A DNA stretch of 59,613 bases, counting the filler, from Sphacelaria rigidula (Eukaryota), in NCBI GenBank assembly GCA_964200075.2. It is 8 parts of 8 records of this genome, joined end to end, with 100 filler letters (N's around TTAATTAATTAA, not from the genome) between each part and the next. Parts side by side here need not be neighbours in the genome. Positions count along the whole stretch, not along the records: positions 22,397 to 29,760 come from CAXNAA020015242.1; positions 29,861 to 37,224 come from CAXNAA020015243.1; 6 more parts are not named here. One strand, given 5' to 3'. The translations under genes and the position numbers were made by a program. The notes under the pieces were generated by a model that saw nothing but the letters and a program-made list of their open reading frames with translations, searched no databases and had not been told where the DNA came from. Shown here piece by piece: positions 23,666-33,600 of the stretch. Within the stretch, counting starts at the first letter, position 1. Each line of letters starts with the position of its first letter.

Positions 23666-26600
23666 TATTGAAGTATCAATTTTGGGGGAGAGATATCGTT
23701 GGGTCATATTCCAACCCATCGGTGTCCCTACTTTCACCCATTGCTCCACTGCTCGGACAGGGCATGTCGCGGGGTAGAGCTCATCGTACGGTACAGTGAG
23801 TATATGGTCTGCACCTCCTCGTGGTGTTTTTCCTCATTGGAAGTTGAACATGAAGCCACTGGGGTTCGGGAGTCTGAGAATGCGTTGGGTGAGGGTCCTC
23901 GTGAGCTCGCCTCCGCGATTAGGCGTGCTAAATGCTACTGTGAACGAGGCGATGTCCCGGGCCAGGAGCACCTGTTCTGTAGCATCTCTAGTACATTGTA
24001 GAGCTGACCGCAGTGGGGCGATCAGTTCAAGGAGGTGGCTGTGTAGTAAAATCGGTGCTTGTTTTTACCAGCGCTCCTGCTTTCTTCCGTTCTTCCTTGG
24101 TGAACATCGTATATTGTGCAACGAGGTTGCTGCGGACTGGATTTCCTATCCGCAGTGCATCGTCTCAATCGGAGTTCGTTCCGAGCTCATTCTCGATGGC
24201 TGTCGCTAGTTTCGACGTATAATTCGTCCGGAAGGAATCGTGTGTGTATCTGTAGGTACATTACCCCTGTTTCGTTGAACAGTCGATGAGTCCGGGGGTA
24301 CCTACTGCAGCACAGTGTCTGGCATATACTGGTGTACGTTCTTTTCCACATACATCAAGCCAGCACAACAAAGCTACGATGTCGGTCGGTTGCGCTGCTG
24401 TCCAGTATTTGGGGCCGTGCCCGTGTCGTGAGGCCAAGAATCTATTGAATAGTTATGTTGTGGAATCCTGTCTCGTTGCTGAGGCTAACGCTGCCATGGC
24501 TAGCGTGAACTGAGTGTATCGTTTCTGTATAGCCTCCTCGTCGATTTTCAAAGCCACTCCTTGCGTTACCCTCGTAGCTAATACCGAACTCCTTATGCCG
24601 CACCGTTGACAGTATTGAAAATCTTCGTCGTTCTCTCCATGACAGTCGGGACATGGCACTCTCGCTCGCGAGGCGGAGACTCGAGTCATACTCGAGCTGA
24701 GGCTGGGCGGGTTGCGCTTGTGGCCTAGGTGGGCGAGCATCGTTGTTATCCGTGCTAGTAACGGTTGCACCAAAGCAAGGAGCATTAGGAACGCCTGGAT
24801 GTGTTGAAATGGTCGCGCGACAAGAGCATGTGTCAGGTGGTTCTCGGGTACTCGTCGTGTGGCATTTTCCGTCTTATCAGGCAGAGCATCTCTTGTGAAA
24901 ATTTTGCATTAAAGGGTCGTGCCGAATATCATTCATTCATCAGGCTTGAAAATCTACTTCAACTGCGTGCATGTCCCATTCATGAAATACGAACGCTTCC
25001 TGTCCTCGTTGATGGTGGGTACGAAAAAACAGATATTTTGCCCTTGTCTAGATACGAGTTTGGTACGTACGGCTGCTTCTGTAAGCGTAGGATACCACGA
25101 CGCCAGTCTCGCTGGAACCACTACCACCGCACGGGCGTGGCAATCTGCGATGTGCCGAAGCACTACTCCGACCATCACCGGGGGGAGAAACAAAACCCGA
25201 AGCATTGCTGCGTACGACATGACGAGCGGCTAACGTCATAGCTAAGAAGGTCTACTCCGTGTGATCCTGCTGTATGGTATCTCGAGTAAAAGGGCAGAGC
25301 TGTTCCTCCACCCGGTGCATTCATTGGAATATCCTGGGCTGATGCTGTGGATGCCATTAAGTCCATGTCGAACCCGCCCCACTCGAACCATAACTAGTCA
25401 AAATATTCTGCTCTCAGCCGCACGCGCTCGTTGGCTCCTGGTGTTGAAAGACTGTCTGCTTCCGAGTTCCTCTTCGAGTCTTCTCATCGTAACGTGAGTG
25501 TGAAGTCTTGCCTGACTTGCATCCAGAAGAGCTGTTGGATGAGTGTGTGCATGCGTTCGTCCCTGGCTATAATTTTCCAGAAGGCATGGTCCATGGTTTT
25601 GTTGTCGACATCTATTGACAGACTAGTCCCCGCCACTTGATCAGCTTGTTCTGAGCAGAACAGTCTAAGGACTTCGTGCAGTGCGAACGCTTCCTTGACA
25701 TTGATGTGCGCTGTCACCCATCCGGCGGGAGAGTCGGCGGCCGCTGTAAAGGCGATGTCGGAGGGGCCTCGAACAAAACCCCCCGATGCAAGGAGGGAGG
25801 CGTCTGTCGTACCGTTTATGGCGATGATGTGGTGACTAGGGCTGTACCATGCCGCCCCATTCATGTTGTTTCGGAGTTCCCGCCATGTGGCTATCTCGTT
25901 TCGAAGACCACCATTGACAGAGAGCGCTACCGTTGCTGTGATATGTTTTTCTCCCGTCTTTCTGTATATCGCGATCTGTTTGTACATGTGGAACGTGTAC
26001 AAACTGGCTGCTGGTACTGCAACCGACATGCTCGTGCACTTTCCCGCCAGCTTCTCAAGCATGGTGAACGTGATGGCTCCGGTAGCGAGGGCATCGTCTG
26101 AGATGCGCTCTAACTTGAGCATATCTTCGGGGACTTCAAACCGGCATCTGTCCGTGTCGCACAGAATTCAAAAGATCACAATTTTCGTAGTGGGTTCTAG
26201 CTGACATTTGGAGATGGACATGAAATATCCACAATGACAAAAGACTGACAGCGCCAGGAGGGCTGCTGAGCTTGCTGCCTGTTTCTGCTTGTCAGGTGGG
26301 TCATGTGTTGTCGAGCGGACCCCCGTCAGCCAAAAAATCGTCGATCCATGCCAGTACTGGTACTTGTCGGGATCGCAGGTACTGTGCCACTGCCTCGCTC
26401 AGTGGGGGAACTACACCAACCGAAACAGAGGACAGTCCAGACGTAATATTCGCCCGTCCACTGAAAACCGAAGTATTCCCATGATGTGGGGTCGAGGGGC
26501 ACATGGTGAAAACCTGATTTGCGGTCTGTCGTAACCTGGTGAGCATCTTCCCACGAGCACCGAGCCCCCTTTCCTACTCCGTCCATCTTGAACGGAATAT

Positions 26601-26706
26601 CCTTGCACATGAGGTTCAGCCAACGGCCGTCCCATATTAAGCGTGGTTTCGACGGTTCTACTCCAAGCGGCAGAGACATGCGTGGCTTGGGTTGCGCGTG
26701 AACGTC

Positions 26707-27047
26707 TGCGTATGTGCGGAAATACTAGCATTGTCCACATCCGTCAACATAGCGACGATACTGCAGCCTTCCATGGCAACAAGCGTCCCCCCAACGATCG
26801 GGGGGACCTTCAGAGCCGCGCCTTGCTGGAAGCATCGGTGGACCTCCTGTGGGCTACTGTCAAAACCACCCACGGCGGGCTGAAAAAAGTGCGAAATTTC
26901 CTCGTGCTCTCCACCGATGCTTCCAGCAAGGCGCGGGTCTGTAGGTCCCCCCGAGCGTTGGGGGGGACGCTTGTTGCCATGGAAGGCTGCAGTATCGTCG
27001 CTATGTTGACGGATGTTGACAACGCTAGTGTTTCCGCACCTGCGCAC
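26707..27047. repeat. ~340-bp foldback element with ~130-bp arms inserted in the DIRS pol
   Basis: 26714-26841 is a near-perfect reverse complement of 26910-27039. Confidence 0.92.
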
Positions 27048-28141
27048 ATAAGCTGGTTTATGGGCGTTTCGTCCGCGGTGAGACCCAACACCGCGATTAT
27101 TTTTTTGGGGTTAGTTACAGAGATGGCCCCCGCACCTCATACACAAGCGCGTGGAGGGCGTCGACGGAGGGTATCTCCTCCGGGGCGGACATGCCCAGCG
27201 TGTCAGGGACCATAGCTGGGTATTGGGCGGTTGGATTGTAGGAGTTTGGAGGTAGTGTGCGAAAGGAGAGGGCGAGCCCACGTGCAGCGGGGCGAGCCTT
27301 CGCCGTCGGAGCTGTCTCATCAGTGGGTAGGAATCGATGATCAGTAAAGAACTGGCGACGTGTGGCGCTCATATATCACTCGTTCTTGACAGTCCCGTGT
27401 CATAACGCCTACGGCTATATGTAGGACTTCCTGTCAAATGATCCAGGACGTATTGCAAAGATCCTATCATGCCTCCCCTACATTTTGTTTTCGGGCAAAG
27501 GCCTGGAAGAGGTACGTACACCTTCTCGCTTTTTCCCCAAGAAAGGTACGAAAAATGGTCAGAAACGCGAAAACAGCAAAACAAGTCATTTCGACCGTTT
27601 TCGCTCAGAACGTTCTTCATCCACATCATTCTGGAGAGCTATTGGCAACCGAGCCTTGAAAAAAACAGAAAAAAAAAACATATTACTCGGGAGATGTGGC
27701 CATGCGAAAACGGGCGATTCGTCTCTAGGAACCGCCTACCTTTTGTTGGCCAAATTTCGCCCAGGTATACCTGGTCTAGGAATTCTTCTTCAATCGTACC
27801 TCATCTGGCCACCGATCGACCAAGAACGTACCTGTGCTACGCCATCGCTCCCTACACTGTACCTGATGCGGCACATCGCGCGCAAGGGAGTCTACGCGCC
27901 AACTTCAACCATGGCGCCCACGTATTCGACTCTTTTCCCGGTCATTTGCCGTTCACGGACGCCACAACGACCACGCCCCTTTCTCCCAGGAAATGGTTTC
28001 TCCCAGGAAATGGTTCCCGAGTCTGTCCGCATCGACACAGTAACTGGACTCACAACTTACAGAGCCTCGGTCTTTTGTGATCCCGGGGTTTGTGAAACAC
28101 CGTATCGCTGCGATCTCGGGGCTGGTGTCAGGGTCAATTAA

Positions 28142-28238
28142 CCCTTAGACGGCGAGGGCAGTCCATCTGAATCATGCATACTTCTTTCAAGATAAATTGA
28201 TGCCGATTCAGAGATGACCTACCCTCGCTGTCTAAGGG
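28142..28238. mobile_element. 97-bp piggyBac-like MITE
   Basis: TTAA|CCCTTAGACGGCGAGGG ... CCCTCGCTGTCTAAGGG|TTAA: TTAA duplication with CCC/GGG termini. Confidence 0.8.
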
Positions 28239-28477
28239 TTAAACTAAGTTCTTCCGTCACTAACAGGCGGTTGTCGCATCATCGATGGTCGGTTCAAGCA
28301 ACGGATACACACAGTACTGGCCGCCATGCACATAGAAATAGGGACAGAACAGTACTGCTCAAGTGAAATTGATGGTAAACCCTCAGGTAAGGGCGGTACA
28401 TGGTATTCCCTTGGTAAAGAGGCCGCGAGGGTAGTTCACCCGCTGAATCGGCATGAATTTCACTTGCGAAAAGTATC

Positions 28478-29100
28478 ATGCATAATCCAGGTTTGACGCT
28501 ATCACTGTTTGGCCGGGTTTGAAGAAGTATTGATTGTCCGATATATGTGGGTCCCTCGGTAGTCACGACAATACCGTGAATCGGTCGCCTGTGGTCCGCG
28601 TATACTTGCTGCGTGCCGTCTGTGCCAGGTAGGCAATGAGTGTGGCAAAGAGTAGGCATATGCAGGGAGAGTGCAACGTGTTCGCTGCGGTGCGGCGCGC
28701 TGTGCCATGCAACGGCACATGTGGACATGCTACAGTAGTTCATGTCCACCGTGCACTTGTGATTTCCCTTCCGTATTCGCTGCGAGGTGAAGACAGCCCG
28801 AAGTTGATATTGCTCCCTCATGTTGCGCATGACTGCTCTCTGACACTACTGTAGTTAGTGCAGTACAGTCGGTATAGATGAAGTCTCCGTGAATTCATAT
28901 GGATTGACGGTATAACACCCCCTCGGAGCATGTGCTGTAGTGCTCATATGACTTAGGGTTACGTGATGCAAACCCCACGCAACAACCTGTTGCACGCACG
29001 GCCTGTGCTCTAGTGACACTGGCCATTATTTCCTGCTTCATGTAGCACGCGTCTTCAAATCCGGCCAAACAGTAATAGCATCAAACCTGGATGAAGCATG
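28478..29100. repeat. Inverted repeat pair (~45 bp) enclosing ~530 bp; probable MITE remnant
   Basis: ATCCAGGTTTGACGCTATCACTGTTTGGCCGGGTTTGAAGA versus TCTTCAAATCCGGCCAAACAGTAATAGCATCAAACCTGGAT. Confidence 0.65.
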
Positions 29101-29384
29101 CTCGAAACCTCAGAGCCAATGGATTGGAAAAGGGGGCTAGACGTCTCTCTGTGGGCTGATGTGAAGTGTCCAAGTCATGTGATGTGATGGCGATGTTCCC
29201 TGTTTGGCGGCCACTGCATCAAATGTCGCAAAGGTGGAAAATACGCCCTCCCCGAAATACAATAATTTGACGGCTGCCACCCAAATGCAAGATAATCAGT
29301 ACGCTTCGGGCCGAACAATCTTAACACGATGCAGCTCACCGTTCATGCGACTCGCCGGACACATCACGGCGCTTCGCGCTCGGC

Positions 29385-29680
29385 GATTGATTGCGAGCCT
29401 AGTCCAGCGAAAACCCGGCGTGCTCCGTCCCGGCTTTTGTAGGGATGCTATGTCAAGGGTTAGATGACTATGGCATGCAAAATCATGAGCACCTCCCCCC
29501 CCCCCTCGCCCCCCCAAATACAAACCGTAAGAACGGTCTTGGGCCGTGTCTTACCGAGACATGGGAGTGAAAGAGGAACAAGGCGAAGAGAAACACGTGC
29601 ATCGGTCATCGCGATCCCCACCCCACCCCGCCCCCCTCCCGACCCCCGATGGGGTTGGCGTCGTTTTACGATGACGCTAT
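29385..29680 (+). mobile_element. Gypsy-related 3' internal motif plus LTR-like segment without adjacent coding sequence
   Basis: Shares the pre-LTR motif and LTR start with 10907-11030. The candidate LTR starts TGTCAAGG at 29451. Confidence 0.55.
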
Positions 29681-30699
29681 AAAACACGCCACTCAATACA
29701 TAAGCTAGGCAATCAGGTTACCGCTTTTTTTTTGCGCCCTTGCGTTTTTTTTTTGCGGTANNNNNNNNNNNNNNNNNNNNNNNNNNNNNNNNNNNNNNNN
29801 NNNNTTAATTAATTAANNNNNNNNNNNNNNNNNNNNNNNNNNNNNNNNNNNNNNNNNNNNACTCGACCGGTTGAGGTGGAACCTTGTTCGTCGCCTTGGT
29901 GAGTACAGGCACGTGGGGCACTGCTGTCTGACTAGACTAGAGGGTGATGTCGGTAAAATGTTCCGCAGAGGGGTATGCGGATGGATGATGGTTGAGACCA
30001 CAAAATTTGAAGTGGGTTCCGAAACTCGACATCTAAGTGAAAAAGTTGTTATCATTCCGAGAGGTGTAGGATTCGCGAGGCATCGGCTTCTTGACTGGAT
30101 CGGTTGATGAAACTTTGTTATTATGGTAGGAGCAAGAACTGAGTGGCGCGCAATACTAGTAGCTTGGCCTGATCATGATAACATCGGAAGAGTGACTGTG
30201 GGCACAAACGAAATTCCTGTGCTACAGGTCAGCAAAACGCATATGACATATTTGATGGCTAATAGATAGAGCTGACTTTATGAGCGAGATGCGGTTCATG
30301 TGCACAGCATGACAAAACAAGAGTGCATTGTATCACCCATATGGGAGCTGGTCGTTGCTCGGTTGGCTGGCCAGGCGAATTCCGTACAGGTTTACACATG
30401 TTGGCCCGGCATGTAAAAGGCAAGGTGCACTGTTTCATGCAGCCAGGATGGTAGCGGCCGAATTGCCGTTTGATCCATGTGTTGTATGTGATGGAAAAAT
30501 TGAAGAGTTGAAATAATAGTCTAAATCCGGGTATAATATGAGGGTGTGCGTTCGCGACTGCCGAAACGCGACACCACAGTACGGTACGTGGTAAAAGTAT
30601 GTTCATCGGTTGGTGATTGACGCGCCTGAGTGACATGGATATTAATACTTTTCCTTTCTGTTGTCCCACTGCCCATTCCCCTCGGGTCTGCACGATAAG

Positions 30700-33600
30700 T
30701 GAGACGCTGAGCCTCCAAAATCGAGGCTAAATGCGTTGCCGCCGGTGCCTGCGCTAGCCTCTCCAAGACCTGAACTAAGGATGCCCCTTTTTTTCTTGTT
30801 GGACTGTTGAGGCTCCTCTTCCTCAGAATCAACGTCGTCGCTGTCGTCTTCATCATCACCACCCTCTTGCTCCGATTCGCTTCCGCTTTGTTCCATGGGT
30901 GCCACCACAAGCGGCTCCTTCCGTCGCTTCTTCGTCTCCCGACGTGCTTGCGCTTTATCGTCCTTCTGCTTGCGATTCTTCTTGTTTTTTCCTTCTTCGC
31001 TGTTGGATTCTTTACCATCTTTCTCCGATGGCTGTCTGTTCGTCTCCGGGATAGCCTTACTATCATCATCCTCGTCGTCGTTGCTGTCGCTGCAGTGTTC
31101 TTCATTTTCATCTTCTGATGAACTATCGGCGTCGCCTTCGAAGTAGCTAGCCTTGAGTCCCAAGGACAGCTGCTTCCTCTTCTTATCAGCCTGTCAATTC
31201 AACAAACAACTTTTGTCACAAGCCTTCGTGCAATCATAACCACAGGTGTACCAACTACGCAAAATATTACCGCACAATCGCCCAAACAACTCATCAAGAA
31301 TTGTGCGTCCACTTGTCTCGCTTCCATAATAAATTGAACGATGAGCGGGTGTCGAACATTTCACTCATCACCTTACACTCTCCCTTGCACTGCGCTAAAA
31401 ACGATCCAACTGTAGCATGGACAGAGGCAACTGTTTTGGTTCACACAGCAGTGCATCCATTTCCCCCGGAGGTGAAAAAAAAAACGTACGCAAGGTTTGC
31501 GCAGCGAGACTACTGCTGTCGTATGCACGATCATAAAACAGCAACAGGCCATGCATATTGTGCCGTGTGTGTGTTGTCGTCCCATTTATTCTGGGCGCCA
31601 GAATACCCCTCTCGGGATGTGTGGGCGCATCAGCCGGGGTCACACAGGAGCTATTTTTTCATTTGTTTCTAGTACCCCACTTTTCTTTTGAGGTGCTTGT
31701 CTTTATTTTTCATCGCGAGGAGGGTTCAGCAGTCCCTTTCCCTCGTCAACCGTCACGTATTTTGTGTACCCACGACATAGTCGCTCTCCACAGTTGGGCA
31801 TGATGTAATTTAAAAAAAACACCAAAATACGCAAGTGTGAAGCGTAGAAAAGGTGCACCGTGAACTAGTGTAGGGACAGCATCGCCTGATGACGCGATTT
31901 GCATCACCTGCATGACCTTGGCCTTCACCAAGTCTCCCACGTCGTACATCTCGTTGAGCTCCGTCACCCTCTTGTCTGCAGCTTCGGATATGTGGCAGAG
32001 GCCAGTGAGCTACCATGCCGTTCACCCGACACAGGACAAAACAACACGCAGCACGGGGAGATGGGTTCAGAGGTATTGTAGGTGAAAGAGTGTATTCACG
32101 GTAACATGCAATCCTTCGACATGTACTCACTGCCCAAAACACAACTTCTTGGCTGTTGCCTAATGAAAAACGAAATGAAGTAGCGGAAGACATTGTAGGG
32201 ATCCGGATCTTCTACATTCGTTTCCAAGGGATGATCTACACAAGCTTTAAGACGCAACTGGCGAAGTACGTGAAAAGAGGGGACCGGTGTCATCTGAACT
32301 ACCACCGAGCGGACTATGGCCCTACTTCGCTCACACGATGGCATTCATCACTTGATCCACGAACAATCCAGCCGTGGTCAAACGAGATAGAGACACGACC
32401 AAGGTTGAGACGCGGAAACGCTATCGCTGAAGACGTCTCTAAAAAAGGGTTGCATGACTGTCGATATCGGCGCCATTTGACTATTGGCAGATGCTCACCG
32501 AAGAGTTCTGGACTTGAATGAAGACCCCGTAGTCCCTGATGGACGTCACCACTCCCTTCACTTTGAGCCCCATCTTCAGCTTTTTGCTGTCCCAGGTCAA
32601 GAAGTTCTTGTCTCCTTTCCGTACGGCAGAATCTTGGAACGTCAGCGAAACCTGATTCAACTCCTCGTCCTGGCAAGGGGTACACGGTGGCATGGGGATC
32701 ACGAAGGATGGGCAAGGGTGCTGTATCCATCCCGTACGTGAAATGCTCCAACATAGACTGAGAACGGCGCGTGATGGATTCATGGAGCCCACGTTTCCTC
32801 GTGTGGAGAAATGTACTTATGATCCTGAATGTGGTGGTCATACGACAGAAAATCTCCGATAGCTACGAAAGCCTGGCCTGAGCACACAAGGTCTTTGCCG
32901 GTGGAAGTTGCGAATTATTGAACGGGAAGCACCTGGACGTGTTTGGTGAGTTGGGGGCGGGGGCAGTCGCAGGGGGGTGGTATGCGAGTGTTCCGTCCGT
33001 TCACCTCGGGTAGTCGTCCGTCCGTCTCCAATTTAACGACTAGGGCTGGATGAATGCCGGATCAATCCATGTACGACAGCCAAGTAGTCGATTGAATGCT
33101 GTGGGCCGATGCAAACGTGCAAGATTCCGACCGACATGGTATTACCAATCCCCCAACTCCGGAGAAATTACCTCTCAGGGGAGGATGTGTTTCCCCGTAT
33201 TGGTTATCCTGCACATTACCAGAGGTGCCTTCGTGACTACACTTCCACCTTGTATGTACTACGACGAGCTAAGTAGAAAGACGGGGAACCAATACACCGT
33301 GTTATGGACTATGCTTGACCTTCCTGGATATACCCATGTAGCTTCGCCGTCCACCGTCCACACCGCTTCACGCCAAGAGACTCATCGTGAATATTTTGGT
33401 GAATAAATGTTGGCATCCCTCTTGGATGAAAGGATCAGCTCCGATGGAATGAGGTAATCAACAGGTTTTCTTCTCTTCTTGTCGACGAGAGTACGACAAA
33501 CCATAGGATGTTATGCCGTTGAAGGTTGGGCGCAGGTGTGTAACGCCAACCAGAGAGATGAACAGGTTACTAGAAAAGAGTATGCAACCAGCGGACATGT

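Larger units (their letters stand above)
22439..24690 (-). pseudogene. Tyrosine recombinase of the DIRS-order element, interrupted by an 844-bp insertion
   Basis: Removing 22822-23665 plus one TA restores the frame GWNMTQRYLSPKIDTSIATPKRGSTPM...HSFRSGG...Y. Confidence 0.85.
22439..27372 (-). mobile_element. DIRS-order (tyrosine recombinase) retrotransposon: RT, RNase H, methyltransferase-like domain and YR, degenerate
   Basis: RT (LPLGVEPSKPRLIWDGRWLN, DRKSGFHHV, LCFGWCSSP, AWIDDF). RNase H (TDAS, HINVKEA, DVDN). MT-like (DLMAS...FYSRY...GVD...PP). YR ORF with N-terminal CPDC..ND..FQYCQRCG and C-terminal HSFRSGGA...W...AWRY. Confidence 0.9.
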
